Below are positions 26,058 through 34,834 of a stretch of 43,256 nt of DNA, one piece after another (within the stretch, counting starts at the first letter, position 1; each line of letters opens with the position of its first letter). Source of the stretch: a virus (taxonomy: Duplodnaviria > Caudoviricetes); the IMG/VR virus record IMGVR_UViG_3300027419_000010, positions 1 through 43,256 of that record; one strand, written 5' to 3'. The notes under the pieces were generated by a model, which worked only from the letters and a program-made list of their open reading frames with translations, ran no database searches and was not told where the DNA came from. Both the position numbers and the translations under genes were made by a program.

Positions 26058-26644
26058 AAACCCTACAAAACCTTGATGCAGGTGACCTCATCACAGACGG
26101 AACTTACTACAGACGTATTCTAGCCAGACTGGGCGGAGAAGGAGAATTGACGGTTTATGCGGTGAGCTACAAGGCGTTAAATGGAAGCGTGGATTTGGAT
26201 GAGCTGAAAACTGGTGGTGATATTATGACCGCTTATGAGCTTGAAGAAACCGAATACACCCCCTACCTCACCCCCGAAGACAAATATCCCAAAACCGAAC
26301 TCTTTGAAAAACTAGCAGCAATCGAACACGAGCGATGGGCTGATTGGCAGAGGTATGTGCATTCTAATTGCATTCCATGTACAGACGGGTTGGTTATCCC
26401 CGCTAATCTAGTAGAACATTGGGGTAAGCAGATGGACGCTTACTACTCCGACCTTTCAGAAGCAGAAAAAGACAGTGACAGAAAACAAGTTATGAGATAT
26501 TGGGAATTGATTGTGCCTTCCGAAGACAAGACAGAGAAGCTGGTGGAGGAATATTATTCCAAGGCTACTTACCCGATTGTTTACAGGGAGGATTTGGATA
26601 AGATCTTGCGAGATTTCGCTAAGGATTTATTAAGTAATAAATAG
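26054..26644 (+). CDS. Chimeric protein with central RyR-like domain
   Basis: EKLAAIEHERW...YSDLSEAEKDSDR matches the RyR-domain pattern. Confidence 0.6.
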   Translation: MKTLQNLDAGDLITDGTYYRRILARLGGEGELTVYAVSYKALNGSVDLDELKTGGDIMTAYELEETEYTPYLTPEDKYPKTELFEKLAAIEHERWADWQRYVHSNCIPCTDGLVIPANLVEHWGKQMDAYYSDLSEAEKDSDRKQVMRYWELIVPSEDKTEKLVEEYYSKATYPIVYREDLDKILRDFAKDLLSNK

Positions 26645-26646
26645 AG

Positions 26647-26817
26647 ATGGAAAACGAAAAGGAAAAAATATGTTCTGATATAAGAAGTGAAATAAGCGGT
26701 GCAAGACAAGATTTCGAGATTATGGATGATTTCAGTTCTTGCGCTTGGACAGAGAGAGAACATCAGGCATATATCAAGGGGTTGGTAAGGGCATTAGAGA
26801 TTAGCGAAGGCAAATAA
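26647..26817 (+). CDS. 56-aa hypothetical protein
   Basis: MENEKEKICSDI...GLVRALEISEGK*. Confidence 0.55.
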   Translation: MENEKEKICSDIRSEISGARQDFEIMDDFSSCAWTEREHQAYIKGLVRALEISEGK

Positions 26818-26825
26818 GCCTTCTT

Positions 26826-26926
26826 GCCACCTTAGCTCAATGGTAGAGCGGGACAAAAAAGTATCGGGGTCGGAATTAAAAACTTTTCCCATTAGTCTGC
26901 GGCGAGTTCGATTCTCGCAGGTGGCA
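26826..26926 (+). tRNA. tRNA-like RNA (Thr-like body) with anticodon arm replaced by a 40-nt insert
   Basis: Acceptor GCCACCT/AGGTGGC-A, D arm GCTC-AATGGTA-GAGC, T arm GCGAG-TTCGATT-CTCGC; GGAC/GTCT closes a 40-nt loop. Confidence 0.8.
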
Positions 26927-26976
26927 CAAGTTTATTCGTTCTTTCTGGATTTATTTTAACCCCTTAACCAAAACCT

Positions 26977-27225
26977 ATGCTCGATAAATTTAGGGAGAGG
27001 AAGATGAAAGAATTAGCTTGGGTTCGTTTTAGTAACAACCATGCATTGATGGAGCAATCGAAAGAAAACATAAGGAAGTTTATCTCCGACCTCATTTCGG
27101 AAGTGGAGGAAGCTCTTGGAGAGGATAGAAAAATATGTAGATGCCTATGCGACAAAAACAGGGTGAATATGGGGTGGAATGAACGCAAATCCCACTTCGA
27201 GGACGCATTAAATAATAAGGAATAA
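26977..27225 (+). CDS. Hypothetical protein (small helical paralog family)
   Basis: 82 aa; KFRE...IRKFI...GWNE. Confidence 0.6.
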   Translation: MLDKFRERKMKELAWVRFSNNHALMEQSKENIRKFISDLISEVEEALGEDRKICRCLCDKNRVNMGWNERKSHFEDALNNKE

Positions 27226-27227
27226 AT

Positions 27228-27611
27228 ATGACAATTAAATTTCGAGGCAAGCGTGTAGACAATGGGGAATGGATATTTGGATTTTACTGGAGGTCGTTGG
27301 ATGGAAGAAGTTGGATAAAAGATATCGAAGACAGGATAGATTTCGAGGTAGAAGAAAAGACAGTCGGATGGTCCACAGGCTTGCATGATAAGAATAAGGT
27401 GGATATTTATGAGGGGGATGTTATAAGAATGGAAATACCAGTTGACGAAAACGACCCACTCATAACACACGGAATATATGAAGTAGTTTTTTCGGAAGGG
27501 TGCTACTGTTTGAAACTGCCAGAAGGAGAATATGCTTTATGTGAATATCTGCACCAAGATTGCGAAGTTACAGGCAATATCCACGATAATCCAGAGCTTT
27601 TAACGCAATAA
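27228..27611 (+). CDS. YopX-family protein
   Basis: IKFRGKR.DNGEW..G...TGLHDKN..DIYEGD...EV.GNIHDNPELL. Confidence 0.92.
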   Translation: MTIKFRGKRVDNGEWIFGFYWRSLDGRSWIKDIEDRIDFEVEEKTVGWSTGLHDKNKVDIYEGDVIRMEIPVDENDPLITHGIYEVVFSEGCYCLKLPEGEYALCEYLHQDCEVTGNIHDNPELLTQ

Positions 27612-27612
27612 T

Positions 27613-27975
27613 ATGGACTATAAAGAAAAAAGACTGCAAGAGTTTCGGGAGAAGTTTCTAAAAACAATGGACATAAAAACAGAGCAAGAAGCCGAAGCCT
27701 TCCTCTCCGAGACGATAGAGGAGATGCAAGCCAACATAAAGATATTTGAGGCGTGTGAGATTATGACAGAAGAACAGAAAGTAAGATGGAAGGGCGAATT
27801 ATACAAATGTGTTTTAGATGACCTAGATACAAAGATAATGTCGAGCATGATAGAAGAAGGGGCGGTAGAATACGAAAGGAAAAATATACCACATGGGGAA
27901 GAAGTAAGGGCAATAGTAAAAGCGTGGATGCCAATCAAGCCTAAGTTCGGAAAGGAGGAAGATGAAAAGATTTGA
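27613..27975 (+). CDS. Hypothetical protein
   Basis: 120 aa; EFREKF...EAFL N-terminus. Confidence 0.6.
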   Translation: MDYKEKRLQEFREKFLKTMDIKTEQEAEAFLSETIEEMQANIKIFEACEIMTEEQKVRWKGELYKCVLDDLDTKIMSSMIEEGAVEYERKNIPHGEEVRAIVKAWMPIKPKFGKEEDEKI

Positions 27976-28108
27976 ATACACAAAAATACACAAAATAGAT
28001 ATTGGTATTTTTACTCTTGGTGACATGGGGAAAAAGGGATGGGAATTAGTTAGCATAGATGGAAGCTGGTATATTTTCAAGCGTGAGATAGAGGGGAAGG
28101 AGGACTAG
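27962..28108 (+). CDS. DUF4177-like small protein
   Basis: MKRFEY...MGKKGWELVSI...YIFKRE, 48 aa, AGGAGG upstream. Confidence 0.7.
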   Translation: MKRFEYTKIHKIDIGIFTLGDMGKKGWELVSIDGSWYIFKREIEGKED

Positions 28109-28239
28109 CTTCTTCCGAGTAGGAGTGGCGGAAACGCAATCCGAGTGAGTAAAGAAATCCGGCAACTATCTGATACCACTCCTTTGGGATAGCAACATCG
28201 TTAGAGAGCTTCACCTCTCCTGCTCCGAGTATTCTAGTC
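28103..28239 (+). ncRNA. Putative structured intergenic RNA
   Basis: GACTAG/CTAGTC and GAGTAGGAG/CTCCTGCTC closing stems, GCG-GAAA-CGC, CTATC/GATAG; alternative AGGAGTGG/CCACTCCT. Confidence 0.5.
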
Positions 28240-28280
28240 ATAAGCCTTTAAATGGAATAATAATTATTTAATTCTAATCT

Positions 28281-28673
28281 ATGATCCAAACCACAAGCCT
28301 AGAACTCTCCAAGCGGTTGAAGGAGAAAGGGGTAAAACAGGAGAGCGAGTTTTATTGGGGATGCAGTGTCGAGAAGAAAAATGAATGGGAAGTATATAAT
28401 ATAGAAAATACTTTCGATGGAGTAGGTAATATCACTAGCCTAGACTTAGACGAAGAGATTATATCCGCCTTCACCGCTGAAGAAATTGTGGAGAAGTTGC
28501 CCGTAGGTTGCATAACAAAAAAAGTGGTGGTTTATAAGAACTTCAAAGCTACCAAGAAACACGCCTATCAATGTTGGAGGGGCAGTAACTTCACGGAGAA
28601 TTTTGAAGCCGACACAATGGCCGAAGCTATGGGCTTAATGCTCGAATATTTATTGGATAAAAAACTTCTATGA
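28281..28673 (+). CDS. Conserved phage hypothetical protein
   Basis: SLELSKRLKE.GVKQESEFYW...SAFT.EE..E.LP...AEA.G.ML.YL. Confidence 0.7.
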   Translation: MIQTTSLELSKRLKEKGVKQESEFYWGCSVEKKNEWEVYNIENTFDGVGNITSLDLDEEIISAFTAEEIVEKLPVGCITKKVVVYKNFKATKKHAYQCWRGSNFTENFEADTMAEAMGLMLEYLLDKKLL

Positions 28674-28801
28674 TTCTAAACTCAATAGGTTGGGGGATTA
28701 TGGCAGGGTGTGTGTATTTCGCTATATTCATCTATAAAAGAATGAGGAAAATATTGCCGGCAGCCCTGTTCGCTTTATCCGTCTTTATTGTAACAATATG
28801 A
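28670..28801 (+). CDS. 43-aa membrane peptide
   Basis: Two hydrophobic stretches; ATGA overlaps at both ends. Confidence 0.55.
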   Translation: MILNSIGWGIMAGCVYFAIFIYKRMRKILPAALFALSVFIVTI

Positions 28802-29121
28802 CAAAAATCAAACAGCTTTGGGAGGCAATAATCGATCTCCCTGATCTTTCTAAATGGAAAGAAGAACTCATCGAACAAGGTAGCAATGAGAGAGAAATAA
28901 TCGGCTATATCGTTCCGTTTATCGAGCTATCTCATTTGCTGCGGGTTGCAGAGGAGAGATGGAAAGACATCTTTATAGAGACGGACGGATCGGTATATCA
29001 GAGAGTGCGCTATCATGGTATAGAAAACATAAATCGTATATGCGACATCGACCTCTCCCTTCCCCTCTCCGACCAAACACCCGAAACCCTAGAGAAATTG
29101 GCGGAGGTGGTATGCGGATAA
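28798..29121 (+). CDS. Hypothetical protein
   Basis: 107 aa; DLSLPLSDQTPETLEKL C-terminus. Confidence 0.65.
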   Translation: MTKIKQLWEAIIDLPDLSKWKEELIEQGSNEREIIGYIVPFIELSHLLRVAEERWKDIFIETDGSVYQRVRYHGIENINRICDIDLSLPLSDQTPETLEKLAEVVCG

Positions 29122-29303
29122 AAGTCAAGCACAAAGATAGAGAGAAAGAGATAGTCTTGCAAAAAGCAATAGACAGTTGGGTAAAAAATAATAAAGGTAT
29201 GATTGAGGATATAATGGAGCTAAATAAAGATGTGCAAATGTTTGAAATAAAATGGGGAATAAAGTTGAAGCTGGAGATAGACGGTGCGGAGGTGGTGGTA
29301 TGA
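29112..29303 (+). CDS. Hypothetical protein
   Basis: Start re-called at the ATG after SD GGAGGTG; 63 aa. Confidence 0.55.
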   Translation: MRIKVKHKDREKEIVLQKAIDSWVKNNKGMIEDIMELNKDVQMFEIKWGIKLKLEIDGAEVVV

Positions 29304-29473
29304 AAGAAGAAAGAACTTGTAACAAATGCGGAACTACACTAAAACAACACAATAAGAAGAAAAAGTATTTCTTTTGTAGCGAATGCAACTGTTGGTATAA
29401 ATGTTGGTTGCCCATGACAGAATCGCAAATAAAAAGAGCCATAGAAAAAGCAAAAGAAAAAGGATATTATTAA
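29300..29473 (+). CDS. Zinc-ribbon protein
   Basis: CNKC...CSEC; SD GGAGGTG and ATGA overlap. Confidence 0.6.
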   Translation: MKEERTCNKCGTTLKQHNKKKKYFFCSECNCWYKCWLPMTESQIKRAIEKAKEKGYY

Positions 29474-29483
29474 TTTTAACCCT

Positions 29484-29753
29484 ATGAAATTAAGAGAGGA
29501 ACTTGAACTCAATATTGGTCTATTACGTCAATGGCTCAACGAAAGGACAGATGACAAGCTGATTACCAATGAGATAATTAAGGTGTTTATCTCTCCAGAG
29601 AGGATTGAGGAACTTTTCCAGAAATATGCGGAGGAAATGGTGGGGGAGGATAATAATACAATCAATCAAAATTATGAAGATGATATAGCACTATGTGGAT
29701 ACAACCGAGCCAAAGCCGAGATAAGAGAAAGGATTAAGCAACTAAGCGAATAG
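29484..29753 (+). CDS. Hypothetical protein (small helical paralog family)
   Basis: 89 aa; EEMVGED...GYNRAKAEIRER. Confidence 0.65.
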   Translation: MKLREELELNIGLLRQWLNERTDDKLITNEIIKVFISPERIEELFQKYAEEMVGEDNNTINQNYEDDIALCGYNRAKAEIRERIKQLSE

Positions 29754-29755
29754 GT

Positions 29756-29887
29756 ATGGAAAAAACCGAAAGAGATAAAGTAATAGACGAGATAAGGGGC
29801 ATGAAGCTTGGTGTGGAAGGGGATTACGACACTATCCAGAGGGTGAGGTTTGAGATCATAAACCAATTAAAAAACAAAGATGTATAA
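29756..29887 (+). CDS. 43-aa hypothetical protein
   Basis: MEKTERDKVIDEIRGMK...*. Confidence 0.45.
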   Translation: MEKTERDKVIDEIRGMKLGVEGDYDTIQRVRFEIINQLKNKDV

Positions 29888-30068
29888 ACAAAGCACATTC
29901 GGAACGCATGTATTACACTTTGAAGGATCCGCGAAAGAACGCGAGGCCAAGAGGCTATTCTTCCAGCGCTACCAGACGGACCCGGATAAGCCGGAGAATG
30001 AGAAAGGGTTCAGGGAATTCTATATCTGGCTGATCGGAGATAGCAAGTACAAGAAGCTGATGGGATAG
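29880..30068 (+). CDS. Hypothetical protein, last early gene
   Basis: 62 aa. Confidence 0.55.
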   Translation: MYKQSTFGTHVLHFEGSAKEREAKRLFFQRYQTDPDKPENEKGFREFYIWLIGDSKYKKLMG

Positions 30069-30091
30069 TTATCCACTTTTGAAGTAAATAG

Positions 30092-30120
30092 TTGCACGAT
30101 TTTTACAGGGACTTTATAGT
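30092..30120 (+). promoter_or_regulatory. Late-operon promoter
   Basis: TTGCAC-17nt-TATAGT upstream of the packaging genes; DnaA-box-like TTATCCACT at 30069. Confidence 0.6.
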
Positions 30121-30134
30121 TATAATATACAATT

Positions 30135-30212
30135 ATCTCTACACTATACGCCGATAATATCGGTAGAGGTGTTTGAGATTTAACCTTCTATCTAGCGGTA
30201 GGGGGATTTTTT
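30135..30212 (+). terminator. Late leader with attenuator-like terminator
   Basis: CCTTCTATC-TAGC-GGTAGGGGG plus ATTTTTT, preceded by a hairpin with alternative pairings. Confidence 0.6.
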
Positions 30213-30223
30213 AATAAGGGAGT

Positions 30224-30748
30224 ATGGGAGCGCCAAAAGGAAACATTACCGGAGATAAGTTAATAAACGGTAGTTTTAGCAGCGAGAAGAAAATGGAGGA
30301 TTATTTGGAAGAAAATATAGAAAGCATTTTCAACTTAATTACAGATGAAGATTATCTATCACATAAAAGACAATGCAGAATAAGCCAAACTTTATACGGG
30401 AGAGGATCGGGGATGAAGATAGATATTATGGTAGACAGCAAACAAGGGAATAAATACTTTTTAGAGCTAAAATGCACTAAAAATTATGCGGATATGCTAC
30501 ATGGATTAGTACAGCTTTTATATTATAAGGAAAGTTTTGAATTTATGTACAAGGAAAATGTAGAGTTAGTTTTAATATCTGATTGTTTTGATGGGATAGT
30601 TGGCAAGATTATAGAAAAATATAACTTTCCGATAAAATTTATAGTTATAGATAATCAAGGTGGAGTATTTGAATTAAAACAATATGGCAACAGAGAAACA
30701 AAAAAAGGCGGTGGAAAAAATAGTGGAAAATCGTGGAAACATAAGTAA
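30224..30748 (+). CDS. PD-(D/E)XK nuclease, NucS/DUF91-like
   Basis: E..MEDYL..N, KIDI, LELK, GLVQLL.Y; AT-rich. Confidence 0.65.
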   Translation: MGAPKGNITGDKLINGSFSSEKKMEDYLEENIESIFNLITDEDYLSHKRQCRISQTLYGRGSGMKIDIMVDSKQGNKYFLELKCTKNYADMLHGLVQLLYYKESFEFMYKENVELVLISDCFDGIVGKIIEKYNFPIKFIVIDNQGGVFELKQYGNRETKKGGGKNSGKSWKHK

Positions 30749-31076
30749 ATCCATGAGAGAAGCTGGATATGACGACACGACAGCTAAAAATCCTAAAAAT
30801 CTTACTGAGAGCAAGGGGTATAAGGAGATTTGCGAAGAATATGGATTGACTGATGAATTGATAATTACTTCTTTAGTAGAAGACATTAAAGCCAAACCTC
30901 AAAATAGAAAACCTGAACTTGAATTAGGAGCAAAAATGAAGGGTTTGATGATCGAAAAGAAAGAGATCGACCATACCTCAAAAGGCGAAAAGATCACGAA
31001 TATAAACTATATCATACCAAATGGAGCTGAATCTAAGGCCAACAATCAAGCAACATCAGGTATATCAAGCTCTTAA
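30684..31076 (+). CDS. terS: Terminase small subunit
   Basis: T.KQKKA...N.GN.SK.MREAGY...TA.NP and EIDHTSKGEKI motifs; directly upstream of TerL. Confidence 0.75.
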   Translation: MATEKQKKAVEKIVENRGNISKSMREAGYDDTTAKNPKNLTESKGYKEICEEYGLTDELIITSLVEDIKAKPQNRKPELELGAKMKGLMIEKKEIDHTSKGEKITNINYIIPNGAESKANNQATSGISSS

Positions 31077-32379
31077 TGATCCGAGTGTTACAGATGTCTT
31101 CTTCGGAGGAGGCGCCGGGGGAGGTAAGACTTGGCTGATATGCGAATCGAGACTTATAAATGCCTTAAGATTCCCCGGTTATCGCTCATATATCGCCCGG
31201 GAAGAGCTTAAAAGGCTGATGCAATCGACATATATCACCTGGAACAAGGTTTGCGCTCATCACCGCATACCAGAGGGAACATGGAAGCTTAATGGGCAAT
31301 ATAACTACATAGAATTTGAGAACGGAAGCAGGATAGACCTTTTAGACGCTAAATTCGAGCCGCGCGACCCATTGTATGAAAGATTTGGATCATTGGAATA
31401 CACCGACGGAGCGATAGAAGAAGCAGGAGAGATACATCCACTATTCCGGGACGTGATGAAATCTAGGATCGGGAGGCACAAGAATGACGAATTTAATCTA
31501 CATCCCTCTACGCTGATAACCGGAAACCCGAAGAAAAACTGGACCTACTCAGAGTTCTATAAGCCCTGGAAGAATAAGACATTGCCTGAAAACAAAGTAT
31601 TCGTCCAAGCCTTATACAACGACAACGAGCATACGGCCAAGATATATGGAGAGCAATTAGCGCAGCTTACCGACAAAAAACTGAAACAAAGGCTGATGTT
31701 GGGCAACTGGGAATACGAAGACGATCCTAATACCCTCATAGAATACGACGCGATTATAGACTTATTCACGAATACGGTAGATGACGGAGATAAATACATC
31801 TCTGCGGACATCGCCCGATACGGGCAGGACAGCACGGTAGTTTATCTCTGGAAGGGGCTTAAAGTGATAAAGATATCAGTCTGGACCAAGCAAGGAGTTG
31901 ACCAGACCATCGAGAAACTGAAGAAACTGGCAGCCGATGAGCAAGTTCCCTACAGCCATATAGTAGTAGATGAGGACGGAATAGGCGGAGGCGTGGTGGA
32001 CGGAATGAGAGGTGTAAAAGGCTTTATAGCCAATTCTTCCCCGATAGACCCTCCCAGTTCGCTCATAGAGCAGAATTACCGCAATCTGAAGACCCAATGC
32101 TATTACCTTCTATCTGACTGCATAAACGATCACAAGATAGCGGTCGATTGCCAAGATATCGTGATAAAAGACCTTTTGACGGAAGAATTAGAGCAGGTAA
32201 AAAGCAAGGACCCGGACAAAGATACCAAGATGCAGATAGTCCCGAAAGATGAGGTGAAGGAAATCATAGGCAGAAGCCCGGACTACTCCGATACGCTGAT
32301 GATGAGGATGATATTCGAGCTTAAAAAGGTATCAAGCGAACCGGCGAAACAATGGAAACCTAACTTTAAAAAACGATGA
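31021..32379 (+). CDS. terL: Terminase large subunit
   Basis: Walker A GGGAGGGKT, Walker B AIEEAGE, TGNP, RNase-H-like ADIARYGQD...SPDYSD. Confidence 0.95.
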   Translation: MELNLRPTIKQHQVYQALNDPSVTDVFFGGGAGGGKTWLICESRLINALRFPGYRSYIAREELKRLMQSTYITWNKVCAHHRIPEGTWKLNGQYNYIEFENGSRIDLLDAKFEPRDPLYERFGSLEYTDGAIEEAGEIHPLFRDVMKSRIGRHKNDEFNLHPSTLITGNPKKNWTYSEFYKPWKNKTLPENKVFVQALYNDNEHTAKIYGEQLAQLTDKKLKQRLMLGNWEYEDDPNTLIEYDAIIDLFTNTVDDGDKYISADIARYGQDSTVVYLWKGLKVIKISVWTKQGVDQTIEKLKKLAADEQVPYSHIVVDEDGIGGGVVDGMRGVKGFIANSSPIDPPSSLIEQNYRNLKTQCYYLLSDCINDHKIAVDCQDIVIKDLLTEELEQVKSKDPDKDTKMQIVPKDEVKEIIGRSPDYSDTLMMRMIFELKKVSSEPAKQWKPNFKKR

Positions 32380-34310
32380 TAAAAGACCTACAACTTACGC
32401 GCGACAAAAGCGGCAAGATACTAAGCCCGATAAGCGACTTTAGGGCTGACAAGCTCACGAAGGACCTCATGGCTATTATGCAGTCCGACTTTGCCATTTC
32501 TTCGCAGATAATGACCACGCCTCACAAGGAGTTCAATAACATGACCCTGATCGAGCGGCAGACACTGTGCCAGAAGAAGTTTAACAACTGGCAGGAAGCG
32601 CAATCTGATGATCCTGATCTTGCCTGGAAATCGAACGCTATCCGTCCTGTATCGAGAAATAAGGTCATTTCCATAGCCGCGCACCTTACCGGTTCTATTC
32701 TCTATCCCCTTATCGCCGCTCAGAACGACGACCAAGAAGAGGATAAAGACGCCGCAAAGGTGATGAAGATGTTGGTGGAATGGGTTAATGATAACTACGA
32801 TTACGCACAGACCTTCGTATATTCAGTCATCGCCGCATTGGTAAATCCGGCTTCAATTCTACACTTGGAATATTGCGAGGTCATGCGGACCATCAAGGAA
32901 ATCAACGAAAAAGGCGGCTGGGAGCGAAAAGAAGTGATTGACGAACTTATGAGCGGCTTTGTAACTTCTATTGTGCCACTAGACGAACTTTATATCGCGG
33001 ACATTTACGAGCATAACATTCAAAAGCAGGGCTGGTTATTCCGCATAAAAGCTATTCCTTTCGACCAAGCCAAGAAGAAATACGCCGGACAGAAGAACAT
33101 AAACTATGTGGAACCCGGCCTTAATGTGATGTTTGATGAGACTACTGACACGTTCTACGAGCAATACGACGAGAATTTGCGGGACAGACTGGTTTATGAA
33201 GCTATCTACTACAACCGTGACGAGGACTTGGAGATTCCCTTCCTCAACAACATCCCCATTGGAGATCCTGAAAGACCGAATCCAAGAAAAGATAAGTTAT
33301 ATCCATTCATCAAGTTTGGTTTCGAGCCGATAGACGAGGGTAAGTTCTTCTACTACAAGTCGTTAGTTGATAAGACTTTGCCGGACAGCGATTTGATAGA
33401 TGTGCTTTACCAGATGATTATTGACGGCACATTCTTACAGCTCATGCCGCCTACGGCCATTTATGGCGATGAGACTATTACAAGTTCGGTAGTAACTCCG
33501 GGAACGATAACCGTTCTCAAGCCGGAATCGAAGATAAATAAGTTGGACGTGGGTGGCAACCTTGCCGCCGGACACAATACCTTACAGATGGTAGAGGACA
33601 GCCTCTCTGAAAGCTCTCAAGACCCCAGACAGGCCGGACAATCTACGAAAGGAAGCCAGACCGCCTTTGAAGTATCAAGATTGGAAGAAAACGCGCGTAT
33701 CAGTCTAGGGCTTACCGGAAAGATGATTTCATTTGGAGTGAGAGACTATGGCCGGCTGTTGGTGGACAGCATACTGCAATTTATGACCGTCGCGGAGGTT
33801 GGAGAGATAGCCGGACTGAAATATAAGTCATTCCTTTTGCCTTCTAAGACCGGTATGCAAAAAACCAAGAAGGTTATCCTGGACGGGGAACTGCCTGATA
33901 TGAGTACCGAAGAAAACGACCTCATCGAAAGCTACAATATTTTGGAAGAAGAAGGAGGCAAAGACGGAGAAAGAGAGATTTACAGGGTTAATCCGGAGAT
34001 ATTCAGACGCAGGAAGTTCCTGATCCGTATAAACCCTGAAAGCATTATACAGCCTAGCGAAGCGGTAAAGAAGGCATTAAACCTTGAAGAATACGACCGC
34101 GCTGTGCAGAATCCGCTTGCTAATCAGGAAGAGATATTTAGGGACCTCTTACTCGGCTCCTACGACGCTACAAAGAACGATGTTGATAAATATATCACTA
34201 AACCCCAGCCAATGGCTCCTGGGGCAGCACAAGAAGCTACAGAAAGTCCTCTAGGCAAGTTGCTTGGGGCAAACATAGGAACGCAGCCGGAAATGGCACT
34301 CAAAGCTTAA
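32376..34310 (+). CDS. Portal protein (podovirus/P22-like)
   Basis: 644 aa directly after TerL; FYYKSLVD, QTAFEVSRL stem motifs. Confidence 0.8.
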   Translation: MIKDLQLTRDKSGKILSPISDFRADKLTKDLMAIMQSDFAISSQIMTTPHKEFNNMTLIERQTLCQKKFNNWQEAQSDDPDLAWKSNAIRPVSRNKVISIAAHLTGSILYPLIAAQNDDQEEDKDAAKVMKMLVEWVNDNYDYAQTFVYSVIAALVNPASILHLEYCEVMRTIKEINEKGGWERKEVIDELMSGFVTSIVPLDELYIADIYEHNIQKQGWLFRIKAIPFDQAKKKYAGQKNINYVEPGLNVMFDETTDTFYEQYDENLRDRLVYEAIYYNRDEDLEIPFLNNIPIGDPERPNPRKDKLYPFIKFGFEPIDEGKFFYYKSLVDKTLPDSDLIDVLYQMIIDGTFLQLMPPTAIYGDETITSSVVTPGTITVLKPESKINKLDVGGNLAAGHNTLQMVEDSLSESSQDPRQAGQSTKGSQTAFEVSRLEENARISLGLTGKMISFGVRDYGRLLVDSILQFMTVAEVGEIAGLKYKSFLLPSKTGMQKTKKVILDGELPDMSTEENDLIESYNILEEEGGKDGEREIYRVNPEIFRRRKFLIRINPESIIQPSEAVKKALNLEEYDRAVQNPLANQEEIFRDLLLGSYDATKNDVDKYITKPQPMAPGAAQEATESPLGKLLGANIGTQPEMALKA

Positions 34311-34366
34311 ACTTCCTAAAGGTCGACTTAGGAGTTTATATATCATTAAAAATAACTACAAAATAG

Positions 34367-34834
34367 ATGAAAAACGGACAAATCTTCAGACTGGCTAATG
34401 GAATCGCAAAAGTAGGCCACTTAAAAGGTATCAAATTCGCTTATGGAATCACTAAGAACAAGAAGATTATTGATCGAGAGATTGAAGACATTAAAGAAAG
34501 TATCACTCCCTCGCCGGAGTTTGCAGAGTTTGAAAAAGCGCGTGTCGAGCTATGTAAAGAATACGCTGAAAAGGACGAAAAAGGGGAATTCAAAGTAGAG
34601 AACAACGAGTATGTTTTACCGGAAGACAAGAAAGAAGAATTTGAAATCAGATTGAAAGCGCTCCGAGAACAGCACAAAGAAGCTATCGAAGGACGTGAAA
34701 AGCAGAACGAAGACTTTGAAGCATTCCAGAAAGAGGAAAGCAAGGTGGAATTTTACAAAATCAAGCTCAAGGACGTACCGGAGGACATCTCAGCCGAGGA
34801 AATGCAGGCAATTGACGAACTAATCGAAGAATAA
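34367..34834 (+). CDS. Hypothetical helical protein
   Basis: 155 aa; FAYGITKN...LCKEYAEKDEKG. Confidence 0.7.
   Translation: MKNGQIFRLANGIAKVGHLKGIKFAYGITKNKKIIDREIEDIKESITPSPEFAEFEKARVELCKEYAEKDEKGEFKVENNEYVLPEDKKEEFEIRLKALREQHKEAIEGREKQNEDFEAFQKEESKVEFYKIKLKDVPEDISAEEMQAIDELIEE

Noticed and set aside
26826-26926. tmRNA or a functional standard tRNA
   Set aside because: Has a full D stem and no G3-U70 pair or tag ORF; no 7-nt anticodon loop
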